Shown: positions 45,735 through 57,077, counted from the first letter of the stretch. The stretch is DNA of 64,000 nt from an uncultured Alphaproteobacteria bacterium (GCA_963750715.1 CAVVRP010000012.1:659956-723955); one strand, 5' to 3'. Translations and numbers: made by a program. The notes: a model not told the origin generated them from the letters alone.

Positions 45735-46184
45735 CTAGAACATGCCGACGGCGAGCTTGGCCTCATCCGACATGCGCGACTGGTTCCATGGCGGATCGAA
45801 CACAAGGTTGACCTTGGTTCCCGAGATGCCGGGCACCGTGTTGACCGCGTTCTCGACCCAGCCCGGCATCTCGCCGGCAACCGGGCAACCTGGCGCCGTC
45901 AGCGTCATGTCGATCGTCACGAGGCGATCGTCGGCGATGTCTATCTTGTAGATCAGTCCAAGTTCGTAGATGTCGGACGGGATCTCGGGATCGTGGACCG
46001 TCTTCAGTGCCTTGATGATTTCGGCGGTCAGATAATCGAGTTCTTGCTGCGATAGAACCGAATCCGCGACCGGCGTTCCGCCCTCGGCCACGGTCGGCGG
46101 CTTAGGCGGAACCTCCTCGGCCGGAGCGACGGCTGCGGCGGCATGATCATGCCGGACTTCAGCGTTCTGAGCGTTAGCTTCCAT
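45735..46184 (-). CDS. sufT: SUF-associated Fe-S assembly protein (DUF59/SufT-like)
   Basis: DPEIPSDIYELGLIY and TAPGCP motifs of the DUF59/MIP18 family. It lies directly after sufS. Confidence 0.85.
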   Translation of the reverse strand: MEANAQNAEVRHDHAAAAVAPAEEVPPKPPTVAEGGTPVADSVLSQQELDYLTAEIIKALKTVHDPEIPSDIYELGLIYKIDIADDRLVTIDMTLTAPGCPVAGEMPGWVENAVNTVPGISGTKVNLVFDPPWNQSRMSDEAKLAVGMF

Positions 46185-46199
46185 GTCGACTTACCTGCC

Positions 46200-47471
46200 T
46201 TAGGAGAAGAAGTCCTTGGCCTTGACGAGCGCGGCGATGAACGCGTCGGCCTCGGCCTTGGTGTTGTACATTCCGAACGATGCCCGGCACGTTGCATTGA
46301 CGCCGAGGCGTTCCATCAGTGGCTGCGCACAGTGGTGGCCGGCGCGGATGGCAATACCGGAGCGATCGACGATGGTCGACACGTCGTGCGGGTGCAGACC
46401 CTCGACACTGAACGCAGCGATGGCGCCCTTGCCCGACGCTGTGCCGTGCACCGCCACCCACGGCAGTTCGGCGAGCCTTTCGTGGACATAGTCCGAAAGC
46501 GCCGCCTCGTGGCGCGCGATGCGATCGCGCCCGACCTGCATCATGTAGGACAGCGCGGCTCCAAGCCCCACGGCCTCTACGATTGCCGGGGTTCCTGCCT
46601 CGAACTTATGCGGCGCAGTGTTGTACGTAATTCGATCCACGTGCACCGTCTCGATCATCTCGCCGCCGCCCTGATACGGCGGCATGGCGTCGAGATACTG
46701 CTTCTTGGCGTACAGCACTCCGATCCCAGACGGACCATAGGTTTTGTGCCCGGTGAACACATAGAAATCCGCGTCGAGCTCCTGCACGTCGACGGCCATA
46801 TGGACAGCCGCCTGGCTGCCGTCCACCAACACTGGAATGCCGCGCACGTGGGCTGCCGCGACGACGTCCTTCACCGGCACGACGGTGCCCAGAACGTTCG
46901 ACATGTGCGTGATAGCGACGATCTTCGTTCGCGGCGTCAGCAGACGCTCGAACTCATCCATCAGGAACTCGCCATTGTCGGCGATGGGCGCCCACTTCAG
47001 GACCGCGCCGCAACGCTCGCGATGGAAATGCCACGGCACGATGTTGGAGTGATGCTCCATGATCGACAGCACGATCTCGTCGCCTTCGCCGATAGCGAGA
47101 GCGCCATAGGAGCTGGCGACGAGGTTGATGGCCTCGGTGGCATTGCGCGTGAAGATGATCTGATCGACGGCCGGCGCATTGAGGAATTGCCGCGTGATTT
47201 CACGGGCGTCCTCGAAGCGGGTGGTCGCGGTGTTCGACAGGTAATGCAGCCCGCGATGCACGTTAGCGTATTCGAAGCGGTAGGCATGGTCCATCGCTTC
47301 GATGACGGGTAGCGGCTTCTGAGCGGAAGCCCCGTTGTCGAGATAAACCAGCGGCTTGCCGTAGACTTCGCGAAACAAGATCGGGAAATCGGCGCGGATA
47401 CGCTCGACGTCATAGGCGCCGGCGCCTGATCCCAGCTTCGTTTCCGTTCGCGTCCGCTCTGCGGTCTGCAT
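46200..47471 (-). CDS. sufS: Cysteine desulfurase SufS
   Basis: PLP lysine context FTGHKTYGP and catalytic Cys RAGHHCAQP. I chose the ATG at 47469-47471, which has a GAGGA Shine-Dalgarno sequence. The track start (GTG at 47519) overlaps sufD by 25 nt. Confidence 0.92.
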   Translation of the reverse strand: MQTAERTRTETKLGSGAGAYDVERIRADFPILFREVYGKPLVYLDNGASAQKPLPVIEAMDHAYRFEYANVHRGLHYLSNTATTRFEDAREITRQFLNAPAVDQIIFTRNATEAINLVASSYGALAIGEGDEIVLSIMEHHSNIVPWHFHRERCGAVLKWAPIADNGEFLMDEFERLLTPRTKIVAITHMSNVLGTVVPVKDVVAAAHVRGIPVLVDGSQAAVHMAVDVQELDADFYVFTGHKTYGPSGIGVLYAKKQYLDAMPPYQGGGEMIETVHVDRITYNTAPHKFEAGTPAIVEAVGLGAALSYMMQVGRDRIARHEAALSDYVHERLAELPWVAVHGTASGKGAIAAFSVEGLHPHDVSTIVDRSGIAIRAGHHCAQPLMERLGVNATCRASFGMYNTKAEADAFIAALVKAKDFFS

Positions 47472-47494
47472 GTGATCCTCGCTGGCCCTCGGGC

Positions 47495-48835
47495 TTATGT
47501 GCCGGCTGTCAGAAGCCACGTGCGGGCCTCCGCCATCAGCGCCTCGCGCAATCCGTTGTGGTCGATTTTGTCAATCGCCTCCCCGATAAACGATTCGATC
47601 AGCATGGCGCGCGCCTCCGCCAGCGGGATGCCGCGTGACTGGCAGTAAAATAACAGGTCCTCGTCGATCTCGGCAGAGGTCGTGCCGTGGCCACAGACGA
47701 CGTCGTCGGCATAGATCTCGAGTTCGGGTTTGGAATCGAACTCGGCGTTGGCAGACAGCATCAGCGCCTGCGCCATCTGCTTGCCGTCCGTTTTCTGCGC
47801 GTCCGGCTGCACGATCACCTTGCCCTGGAAGACACCGCGCCCATCACCATCGAGCACGCACTTGAACAGTTCGCGGCTGATGCAGTGACGCACCGCGTGA
47901 TCGATCACCATCGTGGTATCGGCATGGCCAGCGCCTCGCGCAAGGAGGGCCGAACCGAAGTCTAATGAGCCATGCTCCCCATCGAACGTCACGAACAGCT
48001 GATGGCGCATGACGCCCTCACCGATCGTCATGTGGAACGGCTTGTAGGAAGTGTGGGCGGCAAGACGCGCGACGGTATTGGCAAGATGCGCCGAGCCCGC
48101 GAACGTCGTGGCAACGACTGCATGATGCAGCGCCGCGCGTTCGCCGAGGGTGACAAGGGCCACCGCGTTTTCGTGACGGGGAGCGCCCGCCGCCGACACA
48201 TGCGTCTCGACAATCGTCGCTTCCGCGCCGGCTTCGAGCTTGATCGCGTTGCGCACGGCAACCGGGCCTGTCGATATGAAAACGAGATGGATCGGCCGCG
48301 TTGGCTTGACGCCGGCCGCGATGCTGATCAACACGCCATCGGTGACAAAAGCGGTGTTTAGCGCAATGACGCTGCCCGCTCCCGGATCGAGCGTCGAGGG
48401 CCACCACGGGTACAGAAGTGCTGCATCACCTTCAATGGCTTTGGCGAAGCTGCGGACCGTGACCGGGCCGGTCGACGGCGTGCCGGATGCCAGCTTGCCA
48501 TCGATGAAAACGTAGGTGTCCGCCTCACCGAAACAGCGCCCCTTCGCTTCAGCAAGAGCGACAGCGCTGGACGTCACGCCACCGGGAAGGACATCTTTCA
48601 ACAACGCGCGTAGGTCGGTGAATTTCCATTCCTCAATGCGTCGGTGCGGCAGCCCGAAGGCCTGGAAGCATGCAATCGCGTCCTCCCGTGCCCGGAGCAC
48701 GGCGGCGCCACCCGGGAGCTTGTCCACCATTTCGGCGAACTGGGACGCGAGCCCCGTTTCAGCCTTGGTCTTGATCACTTGCACTGTCATCGGCCGCTTT
48801 GCCTCGGTTTTAACTGCCGCCCCTGCCACACTCAT
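47495..48835 (-). CDS. sufD: Fe-S cluster assembly protein SufD
   Basis: SufD beta-helix family sequence. The ATG at 48833-48835 lies 1 nt after the sufC stop; an alternative start is at 48790. Confidence 0.88.
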   Translation of the reverse strand: MSVAGAAVKTEAKRPMTVQVIKTKAETGLASQFAEMVDKLPGGAAVLRAREDAIACFQAFGLPHRRIEEWKFTDLRALLKDVLPGGVTSSAVALAEAKGRCFGEADTYVFIDGKLASGTPSTGPVTVRSFAKAIEGDAALLYPWWPSTLDPGAGSVIALNTAFVTDGVLISIAAGVKPTRPIHLVFISTGPVAVRNAIKLEAGAEATIVETHVSAAGAPRHENAVALVTLGERAALHHAVVATTFAGSAHLANTVARLAAHTSYKPFHMTIGEGVMRHQLFVTFDGEHGSLDFGSALLARGAGHADTTMVIDHAVRHCISRELFKCVLDGDGRGVFQGKVIVQPDAQKTDGKQMAQALMLSANAEFDSKPELEIYADDVVCGHGTTSAEIDEDLLFYCQSRGIPLAEARAMLIESFIGEAIDKIDHNGLREALMAEARTWLLTAGT

Positions 48836-48836
48836 C

Positions 48837-49592
48837 TCAAGCGGCCTTGCCCGTGAATTCGGCATAGCCCGAACGCTCCAGCTCGAGCGCCAGCTCCTTG
48901 CCGCCCGTCTTCTGGATACGGCCATCTGCCAGCACGTGAACCTTGTCTGGAATGATATGATTGAGGAGGCGCTGGTAGTGGGTGATGATGAGCATCGCGC
49001 GATCAGGTCCGCGCAACGCGTTGACGCCGTCCGAGACGACCTTTAGGGCGTCGATGTCTAGGCCGGAATCGGTTTCGTCGAGCACGCACAGGCTCGGCTC
49101 GAGCATCGCCATCTGGAGGATTTCGGAACGCTTCTTTTCGCCGCCGGAGAAGCCGACGTTGACGGGGCGTTTCAGCATCTCGAAATCGATGTTGAGCTTG
49201 GCGGCCCTATCCTTCACGACCTTCATGAACTCGGGCGTTGTAAGCTCAGCCTGGCCCCGCTTCTTGCGAACCGCGTTGGCGGCCGTTCGCAGAAACGTGA
49301 GACCGGCGACGCCGGGAATTTCCATCGGGTACTGAAAGGCTAGGAACACGCCGTTGGCGGCGCGCTCGTCCGGCTCCAAGGCGAGGATCGACTCGCCGTT
49401 CCACAGAACGTCGCCATTAGTCACCTCGTAGCCGTCGCGCCCGGCCAGCACATAGGCGAGCGTCGATTTGCCCGAGCCGTTCGGACCCATGATGGCGTGG
49501 ACTTCACCCTTCGGCACAGTGAGCGACAGGCCCTTGAGGATCGGCTTGTCTTCCTCGGCCAACTTCACGTGCAAGTTCTTGATCTCGAGCAT
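48837..49592 (-). CDS. sufC: Fe-S cluster assembly ATPase SufC
   Basis: 251 aa from MLEIKNLHV. Walker [10 protein letters not shown], signature FSGGEKKR, Walker [10 protein letters not shown]. The upstream part of the track ORF translates an intergenic palindrome. Confidence 0.95.
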   Translation of the reverse strand: MLEIKNLHVKLAEEDKPILKGLSLTVPKGEVHAIMGPNGSGKSTLAYVLAGRDGYEVTNGDVLWNGESILALEPDERAANGVFLAFQYPMEIPGVAGLTFLRTAANAVRKKRGQAELTTPEFMKVVKDRAAKLNIDFEMLKRPVNVGFSGGEKKRSEILQMAMLEPSLCVLDETDSGLDIDALKVVSDGVNALRGPDRAMLIITHYQRLLNHIIPDKVHVLADGRIQKTGGKELALELERSGYAEFTGKAA

Positions 49593-49620
49593 TTTACGTT
49601 CCCGTCGCGTTGGTTTCTGG

Positions 49621-49643
49621 ATGGCCGGGTCGAGCCCGGCCAT
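49621..49643. repeat. REP-like GC-rich palindrome in the sufB-sufC spacer
   Basis: ATGGCCGGG-TCGAG-CCCGGCCAT forms a 9-bp stem with a 5-nt loop. As I recall, it resembles short palindromic intergenic elements seen in alphaproteobacterial genomes. There is only one copy in this window. Confidence 0.5.
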
Positions 49644-49650
49644 AACGATA

Positions 49651-51120
49651 TTAGCCGACCGAGCCTTCAAGGCTGACGCCGATGAGCTTCTGCGTCTCCG
49701 CCATGAACTCCATTGGCAACTGCTGCAGTACGTCGCGCACAAAACCGTTGACAATGAGCGCCACAGCTTCCTCTTCGGTAAGTCCACGCTGCATGCAGTA
49801 GAACAGTGTGTCGTCTGCGATCTTCGACGTCGTCGCTTCGTGTTCGAAGTGCGCCGTCATGTTCTTGGCTTCGATATAGGGTACCGTATGCGCCCCGCAT
49901 TTGTCGCCGATCAGCAGGCTGTCGCAGTTGGTGAAGTTGCGTGCGCCCGTCGCCTTGCGATGCGCCGAGACGAGGCCGCGATAGGTGTTCTGCGAATGAC
50001 CGGCAGCGATGCCCTTCGATATAATCCGGCTCGAGGTGTGCTTGCCGAGGTGGATCATCTTGGTGCCGCTGTCGACCTGCTGGCGGCCGTTCGAGACGGC
50101 AATCGAATAGAACTCGCCGCGCGAATGATCACCGCGCAGGACGCAGCTCGGATACTTCCATGTGATCGCCGACCCGGTTTCGACCTGTGTCCACGAGATC
50201 TTCGAACGGTGCCCGCGGCAATCCCCGCGCTTGGTCACGAAGTTATAGATGCCGCCTTTGCCGTTCTTGTCGCCGGGATACCAGTTCTGGACCGTCGAGT
50301 ACTTGATCTCCGCATCGTCTAGCGCCACAAGTTCGACTACGGCCGCGTGCAGTTGATGTTCATCGCGCATCGGCGCGGTGCAGCCTTCGAGGTACGAGAC
50401 GTGCGACCCCTTGTCGGCGATGATGAGCGTGCGTTCGAACTGGCCGGTCTGCTTCTCGTTGATGCGGAAATAGGTCGACAGCTCCATAGGGCAGCGCACG
50501 CCTTCTGGCACGTAGACGAACGAGCCGTCGGAGAACACCGCAGAATTGAGCGCCGCGTAATAGTTGTCGGACTGCGGCACGACCGAGCCCAGGTACTTGC
50601 GCACCAGATCGGAATGCTCGCGCAGGGCTTCCGAGATCGAGCAGAAGATTACGCCGGCTTTCTTCAACTCGTCCTTGAATGTTGTGACGACCGAAACGCT
50701 GTCGAACACGGCGTCGACGGCAACCCGAGCGCCCTGGACCCCGGCCAGAACCTCGCGCTCGCGCAGCGGCACGCCGAGCTTCTCGTACATCTTCAGAAGT
50801 TCCGGATCGACCTCGTCGAGTGACTTGGGACCCTCGGTGCTCTTGGGCGCCGAGTAATAGTAGAGATCCTCGAAATTGATCTTGGGATAAGAAACCTTCG
50901 CCCAGGTAGGCTCGGTCATGGAGCGCCAGCGCCGGTAGGCATCGAGCCGCCACTCCAGCATCCACGCAGGCTCGGATTTCTTTTCCGAGATGTAGCGCAC
51001 GATGTCCTCGTTGAGACCCTTCGGCGCCTTCACGCTCTCAATCTTGGTCTCGAAGCCATATTTGTACTGGTCGACATCGATCTTCCTGACCTGATCGATC
51101 GTCTCCTGAACTGCCGCCAT
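49651..51120 (-). CDS. sufB: Fe-S cluster assembly scaffold SufB
   Basis: 489 aa, highly conserved SufB sequence ([12 protein letters not shown]..., [12 protein letters not shown]...). Confidence 0.96.
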   Translation of the reverse strand: MAAVQETIDQVRKIDVDQYKYGFETKIESVKAPKGLNEDIVRYISEKKSEPAWMLEWRLDAYRRWRSMTEPTWAKVSYPKINFEDLYYYSAPKSTEGPKSLDEVDPELLKMYEKLGVPLREREVLAGVQGARVAVDAVFDSVSVVTTFKDELKKAGVIFCSISEALREHSDLVRKYLGSVVPQSDNYYAALNSAVFSDGSFVYVPEGVRCPMELSTYFRINEKQTGQFERTLIIADKGSHVSYLEGCTAPMRDEHQLHAAVVELVALDDAEIKYSTVQNWYPGDKNGKGGIYNFVTKRGDCRGHRSKISWTQVETGSAITWKYPSCVLRGDHSRGEFYSIAVSNGRQQVDSGTKMIHLGKHTSSRIISKGIAAGHSQNTYRGLVSAHRKATGARNFTNCDSLLIGDKCGAHTVPYIEAKNMTAHFEHEATTSKIADDTLFYCMQRGLTEEEAVALIVNGFVRDVLQQLPMEFMAETQKLIGVSLEGSVG

Positions 51121-51157
51121 CTCAACTCTCCTCGTGCGCCGCGATCTTAGCCTTGGT

Positions 51158-52282
51158 CTACGCGGCGATCGCCGCGCGGTTCATGATTTTGGTCCATGCC
51201 GCCAAAAAGGCCGCAGTATCGTTTGCAGTCGTCTGGGGTCCCAGGCTGACGCGGATGGCCGAGCGGGCGATCTCCGCATCGAGGGCCATCGCGGTGAGCG
51301 TCGCGCTCGCGCCGACCTTGCCCGACGAGCAGGCGGCGCCCGCGCTGACCGCCATGCCGGCCAGATCGAGCTTGATAACGAGCGTTTCAGCTGGGTGTCC
51401 CGGCACCGCGATGCACGTCGTGTTCGGCAATCTGTCCGCACCCGCACCGACCACGAACGAATTCGGCGTGGTAGCGGCGAGCCGTGCTTCGAGATCGTCG
51501 CGCAGGCGGGCCACGCGGGCCCAATCGTCCATCGTGCGGCGGGCAACATCGGCTGTTGCGCCGAACCCGGCAATGGCGGCGACATTCTCGGTGCCCGACC
51601 TGCGGCGGCGTTCCTGCCCGCCACCCTTGATCATTGCCGGATGAGCGACACCGTCGCGAATGACGAGCGCCCCAATTCCCTTGGGCCCGCCCATCTTATG
51701 CGCCGACAGGCTCATCGTGGCGGCGCCAAGTCTCCGGAAGTCGACCGAGACGCGGCCGGCTGCCTGCACGGCGTCGGTGTGGACCCGGACACCCGACTGA
51801 GCGGCTAGACCGGTAAGTTTCGCCAGGTCCTGCATGACGCCAGTCTCGTTGTTGGCCATCTGCGCGACGGCCAGAGCTGCCGCGGGCTTGGACAATCGCG
51901 CCAGGCAACCCGCTAAAGGGGCGGGATCGATGCGGCCTGAACCATCGACGGCGAGATCGATAAGTTTCATAACCCCAGAACGGGCCGGTGCGAGCACAGA
52001 GTCGTGCTCGATCGCCGAGACGATCACGGTGTCGTAGCCCAACAGGGCCCAGTTGTTGGCTTCGGTTGCGCCGCTCGTGAAAACTACTTCTGCGGGTCGC
52101 GCGTTGACCAGGGCCGCCACCTGTTCGCGTGCCGTCTCGACGATGGCACGCACCTTGCGGCCTTCGGCATGAACCGACGAAGCATTGCCCGTCACATCCA
52201 ACGCCGCAAGCATCGCCTCGCGCGCCTCGCGGCGAAGCGGCGCCGTGGCGTTGTAATCGAGGTATGTGCGCGCACCGTTCAT
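51158..52282 (-). CDS. NifS/IscS-like cysteine desulfurase (class V aminotransferase)
   Basis: 374 aa from [18 protein letters not shown] lysine [10 protein letters not shown] and active-site loop SAGAACSSG. The ATG overlaps the regulator's stop (ATGA). Confidence 0.88.
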   Translation of the reverse strand: MNGARTYLDYNATAPLRREAREAMLAALDVTGNASSVHAEGRKVRAIVETAREQVAALVNARPAEVVFTSGATEANNWALLGYDTVIVSAIEHDSVLAPARSGVMKLIDLAVDGSGRIDPAPLAGCLARLSKPAAALAVAQMANNETGVMQDLAKLTGLAAQSGVRVHTDAVQAAGRVSVDFRRLGAATMSLSAHKMGGPKGIGALVIRDGVAHPAMIKGGGQERRRRSGTENVAAIAGFGATADVARRTMDDWARVARLRDDLEARLAATTPNSFVVGAGADRLPNTTCIAVPGHPAETLVIKLDLAGMAVSAGAACSSGKVGASATLTAMALDAEIARSAIRVSLGPQTTANDTAAFLAAWTKIMNRAAIAA

Positions 52283-52737
52283 TCGGCCGCCGCCTCCACG
52301 CGCTTGCCCTTGGCCGGAGCGTCGAAGCTGCGCGGCACTCCGTCGATGACGTCCTGCAGGCTGTTGCGCCACAGGAACTCAGCGATGTGATCGCCGAGCG
52401 CATGCCACAGAGAGTGCGTCAGACAGCGCTGCTCGCCCAGGCACGCGACGCCGTCATCGTTGCAGCGGGTCATGCGGGTTTCTTCCTCGACCGCGCGCAT
52501 GATCTCGCCAACGGGAATATCCTTGGCTGGACGGCCAAGCCTGTAGCCGCCGGAACGCCCGCGCGCGCTTTCCACCAAACCGGCCCGGCGCAGGCGGACG
52601 AAAATCTGTTCCAGATACGGAAGGGAAAGGCGCTGACGCTCGGCAATCGCCGACAGCGGAACTGCGTCGGCCTGGCTCTGCCTCGCCAAGTCGGCCATCG
52701 CCATCACCGCGTAACGGCCTCGCGTGTTGAGTTCCAT
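52279..52737 (-). CDS. iscR: Rrf2-family transcriptional regulator (IscR-like, 3-Cys cluster ligands)
   Basis: 152 aa from MELNTRGRYAVMAMADLA, with an AGGAGG Shine-Dalgarno sequence upstream. wHTH fold, then CNDDGVACLGEQRC. It is the first gene of the suf locus. Confidence 0.85.
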   Translation of the reverse strand: MELNTRGRYAVMAMADLARQSQADAVPLSAIAERQRLSLPYLEQIFVRLRRAGLVESARGRSGGYRLGRPAKDIPVGEIMRAVEEETRMTRCNDDGVACLGEQRCLTHSLWHALGDHIAEFLWRNSLQDVIDGVPRSFDAPAKGKRVEAAAE

Positions 52738-53004
52738 GCGTGTGCCTCCTGAGCTGCGGCGGCATTTGCCGTTACGCAACCCTTGCAACCGACCACCTTA
52801 GTCGTGTTAAGAACCCCGCCTCTGGGCCGGAAATGGTCAGGCTCAGCGGTTTCGAATGGTTCTAAACTTCGATATGCTAATTCCGAGCGTGGAAGTCAAG
52901 TATTCTCGCTACACGCCTGCGTGAATGCCTGGACCCTTCACGACCCGGTGCTTCATTCGCTGCATCGCCCGGCGCGCGGCACGACAGACATTTGAAAGAT
53001 TGAG

Positions 53005-53736
53005 ATGCCCGAGCTGATCATCAATGGCCCGGCCGGCCGTATCGAGGCCCGCTATCATCACGAACCTGCCAGCGACAGCCCGGTCGCCCTGATCCTGCAC
53101 CCGCACCCGCAGTTCGGGGGTACGATGAATAATCAGGTCGTCTACTCCCTCTATTACACCTTCGCCCAGCGTGGCTTTTCCGTGCTGCGTTTCAATTTTC
53201 GCGGCGTCGGCCGCAGCCAGGGCTTCTGGGATGGCGGTCCCGGCGAGCTTGCTGACGCCGCCAGCGCGCTCGATTGGCTGCAGATCGTCAAGCCGGACGC
53301 CAAGTACTGCTGGATCGCGGGCGTGTCGTTCGGGACGTGGATTGCCATGCAGTTGCTGATGCGCCGGCCCGAAGTCGACGGATTCATCTGCGTCGCGCCA
53401 CCGTCGAACCTCTACGACTTCTCGTTCCTGGCGCCCTGCCCGTCGTCGGGACTGATGGTCAACGGTGACAGAGATCGCGTCGTACCCTCGCAATCAGTCG
53501 GCGAGCTTGCCGCCAAGCTAAAGACCCAGCGCGGCATCAAGATCGACCACGAGATCATTCCAGGCGCCAACCACTTCTTCGAAAACAAGACCGAGGATCT
53601 TCAAAACGTCGTCGGCAGTTACCTCGACGAACGGCTCGCCAAGGCCGAGAAGGACCGCGTGCTCGAGAAGGAACGCGAGAGCGAAAAAGAACGCGAGCGC
53701 GAGCGCCAGCGCCAAATCGAGCGCGAAGAGGAATAG
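53005..53736 (+). CDS. Alpha/beta hydrolase (COG2945-like) with a Glu/Arg-rich C-terminal tail
   Basis: Nucleophile elbow GVSFG and a conserved LHPHPQFGGTMNN block. The last ~30 aa are EKDRVLEKERESEKERERERQRQIEREEE. Confidence 0.82.
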   Translation: MPELIINGPAGRIEARYHHEPASDSPVALILHPHPQFGGTMNNQVVYSLYYTFAQRGFSVLRFNFRGVGRSQGFWDGGPGELADAASALDWLQIVKPDAKYCWIAGVSFGTWIAMQLLMRRPEVDGFICVAPPSNLYDFSFLAPCPSSGLMVNGDRDRVVPSQSVGELAAKLKTQRGIKIDHEIIPGANHFFENKTEDLQNVVGSYLDERLAKAEKDRVLEKERESEKERERERQRQIEREEE

Positions 53737-53758
53737 GAGCTGGCGTCATGCCCAACGA

Positions 53759-54175
53759 TTGAAGGAAAGCGGCGAGCGAGTGGCCGGCATGGCCGCGCTC
53801 GAGACGCTGGGGTACTTTTCCGACGAGCCCGGATCGCAGGAGTTTCCCCGGCCGTTCAATCTCGTCTATCCCGACACCGGAATCGTCGTCGCCTTCGTCG
53901 GGCATCTCGGCTCACGCCAAGGCACTCGCCGCATTCCGGCGCACGACCGCATTTCTCTCGATTCGCGGCGGCGCCGCCGGATTCTGGAAGGCATCGATCT
54001 ATCCGATCACTGAGCCTATCACCAGTTCGGCTTTCCGGCGATGATGGTGACGGATAACGCGCCGTTCCGGAACCCGCGATACCACCGGCCAGACGATCTG
54101 CCCGACACTGTCGACTATGTAAGCCTTGCTTGCACCACCGCCGGACTGGAGCGCCTGGTCCGCGACATCGTCTGA
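53759..54175 (+). pseudogene. M28-family Zn-peptidase remnant: 5'-truncated, with an internal TGA and probable frame disruptions
   Basis: The frame reads ...ALETLGYFSDEPGSQEFPRPFNLVYPDTGIVVAFVG...GIDLSDH*AYHQFGFPAMMVTDNAPFRNPRYHRPDDLPDTVDY... This is the C-terminal third of M28 aminopeptidases. The stop at 54011-54013 sits where a conserved Trp (SDHW) is expected. Confidence 0.7.
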
Positions 54176-54209
54176 CGACGCTCGGACTCGCGAGGTCACC
54201 TAAATGTGC

Positions 54210-56972
54210 TCAGGCCTCGATGCGCTTCAACGCCGCCCTCAAACGCTTGAGGCGCTCGCCGCCTTCGGTGACCCGCTCGCGGTTCAGTTCCACGACATGC
54301 TCGGGAGACTTCGCCACGTTCGCCTCGTTGGCGAGCCAGGTTTCCGCCTTGCTCCTGTCGCTCTCCGCCTTGGCGATTTCCTTCTCCAGCCGCTGGCGTT
54401 CGGTCCCCATGTCGATGACGCCCGAGAGTGGCAGGGCGATCGTGGTCTCACCCAGCACGATCAGTGCGGAGCCTTTTAGCGCTGCCGTCGCGAATGAAAT
54501 TGCGTCGAGCCGAGCCAGCCGCTTGATCGTGTCCTCGTGATCGCGCGCCCAGCGCCGCGTGGTGTCGCCGGCGCCGGTGAAGACGAGAGGAATCTTCGCA
54601 CCGGCCGGCACGTTCATCTCGGTCCTGACCGAACGCACCTCCGAGATGAGCTGCACCACCCAGCCGATTTCTTCATCGACCTTCTTATTTGCGAGATTCG
54701 ACAACTCCGGCCACTGGCTGAGCGCGAGCAGATTTTGGCGCGCTTCACCGTGCTCGACCATGTGCGTCCATAGCTCCTCCGTGATGAACGGCATGAACGG
54801 ATGGAGCAGCTTGAGGATCTGATCGAGCGTCCAGGCGACGGTGGCGCGCGTCTCGGTCTTGGCGACGTCGTCGTCGCCGAGCAGCACCGGTTTGATCAGT
54901 TCTAGGTACCAGTCACAGAACACGCCCCAGACGAACTCGTAGGCAGCGCCCGCAGCCTCGTTGAACCTGTAGGCCTCCAGCGCTTCCGTTACCGACTTCG
55001 CCGCACGCTCTGTCTCGCCTGCGATCCAGCGGTTGAGCGGCTGCTTCACCGTGGCGATGTCGAATTCTCGCGCGCGCACGCACTCGTTCATCTCGGCGAA
55101 GCGCGAGGCGTTCCAGAGCTTGGTCGCGAAATTGCGGTAGCCTTCGACGCGCGCTTTGGCGAGCTTGATGTCGCGGCCTTGCGCAGCCATCGCAGCAAGC
55201 GTGAAACGCAGCGCATCGGCGCCGAACTCGTCGATCACGACCAGCGGGTCCATGACGTTGCCCTTGGACTTCGACATTTTCTGCCCCTTCTCGTCGCGCA
55301 CGAGGGCATGGATATAGATGTCGTGGAAGGGCACTTCCTTGATGAAGTGAAGGCCCATCATCATCATGCGGGCGACCCAGAAGAAGATGATGTCGAAGCC
55401 GGTGACGAGCACGCTGGTCGGATAGTAGCGCTTCAGTTCCTTCGTTTCGTCGGGCCAGCCGAGTGTCGAGAATGGCCAGAGCGCGGACGAGAACCACGTA
55501 TCGAGCACGTCCGCGTCGCGCGTCAGTTGGACGTCCTTGCCATAATGCTTGCTCGCCTCGGCCGTCGCGGACGCCTCGTCGAGCGCCACGAAGTGCCGGC
55601 CGTCCGGCCCGTACCATGCCGGGATCTGGTGCCCCCACCAGAGCTGGCGCGAGATGCACCAGGGCTGGATGTTGTTCATCCACTCGAAGTAGGTTTTTTC
55701 CCAGTTTTTCGGCACGAACTGCGTCTTGCCGCTCTCAACGGCGGCAACGGCGGGCTTGGCCAGTTCAGCGGCGTTCACGTACCACTGATCGGTGAGCCAC
55801 GGCTCGATCGGCACGCCCGAGCGATCGCCATGCGGCACCTGCTGCGTCGTCGGTTCGATCTTCTCCAGAAGACCGAGGGCCTCCAGCGCCGAGACGATTT
55901 TCCTGCGTGCCTCGAAGCGGTCGAGCCCGCGATAAGTCTCTGGCACGGCGTCATTGAGCTTGCCGAACGCATCGAGCACGTTGATCTGTTCGAGACCCTG
56001 CCGCTTGCCGACCTCGAAGTCGTTGAAGTCGTGTGCGGGCGTGATCTTGACGGCGCCCGTGCCCTTTTCGGGATCGGAGTATTCATCCGCAACGATCCGG
56101 ATTTCGCGGCCGACGAACGGCAGTGTAACCGTTGCGTTCGCCGCTATCAGCGCGGCGTAGCGTGGGTCCTCGGGGTGCACGGCGACGCCGGTATCCCCAA
56201 GCATGGTTTCCGGCCGCGTCGTGGCGACGACAATGTAGCCCTTATCGTAACCCGCAACCGTCTTCGTCAGCGGATAGCGGAAGTGATACATGTGGCCGTT
56301 GGGGTCTTTGCCAAGCACCCTTGCCAGAGCGTCGGCGTCGAAGGGCTTCTCGGGATCGCCCGAAACCCACGTGAAGCTGCCGCGCTTCTCGATCTGCACG
56401 ACTTCGAGGTCGGAAATCGCGGTCTGGAACTTCGGGTCCCAGTTGACGAGGCGCTTGTCCTTGTAGATGAGGCCCGCGCGGTGGAGTTCGACGAACACCT
56501 TCACGACAGCCTTCGACAGCCCCTCGTCCATCGTGAAGCGTTCGCGACTCCAGTCGCATGACGCACCAAGCCGTTTCAGCTGATTGACGATGGTTCCGCC
56601 CAACTCTTCCTTCCACGCCCAGACTTCTTTCAGGAACGCATCGCGCCCCATCGTGCGCCGATCGGTCTTGTTCTCGCCGGCAAGCTTGCGCTCAACCACC
56701 ATCTGGGTCGCGATTCCTGCATGATCTGTTCCCGGCTGCCACAGTACGTCCTTACCGCGCATGCGCTCGAATCGGCACAGGACATCCTGTAGGGTATTGT
56801 TGAGAGCGTGCCCCATGTGGAGCGAGCCGGTGACGTTGGGCGGCGGAATGACGATCGAATAGGGAGCGGCTTCCTGGCGGTCCATGCGGCCGCATTTGAA
56901 AGCCTCGGCCTTTTCCCAGTCGGCATGGATGCGCGGCTCGATGATTGCCGGCTGGTAGGTCTTGTCGAGCAT
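54210..56972 (-). CDS. valS: Valyl-tRNA synthetase
   Basis: 920 aa. HIGH motif (SLHMGHAL), KMSKS (KMSKSKGN), the editing domain and a C-terminal coiled coil. Confidence 0.96.
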   Translation of the reverse strand: MLDKTYQPAIIEPRIHADWEKAEAFKCGRMDRQEAAPYSIVIPPPNVTGSLHMGHALNNTLQDVLCRFERMRGKDVLWQPGTDHAGIATQMVVERKLAGENKTDRRTMGRDAFLKEVWAWKEELGGTIVNQLKRLGASCDWSRERFTMDEGLSKAVVKVFVELHRAGLIYKDKRLVNWDPKFQTAISDLEVVQIEKRGSFTWVSGDPEKPFDADALARVLGKDPNGHMYHFRYPLTKTVAGYDKGYIVVATTRPETMLGDTGVAVHPEDPRYAALIAANATVTLPFVGREIRIVADEYSDPEKGTGAVKITPAHDFNDFEVGKRQGLEQINVLDAFGKLNDAVPETYRGLDRFEARRKIVSALEALGLLEKIEPTTQQVPHGDRSGVPIEPWLTDQWYVNAAELAKPAVAAVESGKTQFVPKNWEKTYFEWMNNIQPWCISRQLWWGHQIPAWYGPDGRHFVALDEASATAEASKHYGKDVQLTRDADVLDTWFSSALWPFSTLGWPDETKELKRYYPTSVLVTGFDIIFFWVARMMMMGLHFIKEVPFHDIYIHALVRDEKGQKMSKSKGNVMDPLVVIDEFGADALRFTLAAMAAQGRDIKLAKARVEGYRNFATKLWNASRFAEMNECVRAREFDIATVKQPLNRWIAGETERAAKSVTEALEAYRFNEAAGAAYEFVWGVFCDWYLELIKPVLLGDDDVAKTETRATVAWTLDQILKLLHPFMPFITEELWTHMVEHGEARQNLLALSQWPELSNLANKKVDEEIGWVVQLISEVRSVRTEMNVPAGAKIPLVFTGAGDTTRRWARDHEDTIKRLARLDAISFATAALKGSALIVLGETTIALPLSGVIDMGTERQRLEKEIAKAESDRSKAETWLANEANVAKSPEHVVELNRERVTEGGERLKRLRAALKRIEA

Positions 56973-57077
56973 GGCTTCCTGAATGTTCGAACAACTGGCG
57001 CGATGAACGGGAAGGGTCCGGCGGTCCTACGACCGCCGTTCACTCTCGTCAACGCTGGAGCGGCGACGCTGGCCCGA

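Noticed and set aside
52738-53004. Imperfect dyads (CAACCGAC-N7-GTCGTGTT; CTTCGA-N9-TCCGAG) as an IscR/Rrf2 operator
   Set aside because: They are plausible given the divergent suf promoter region. However, the half-sites match poorly, and I cannot recall the lineage-specific consensus well enough to score them.
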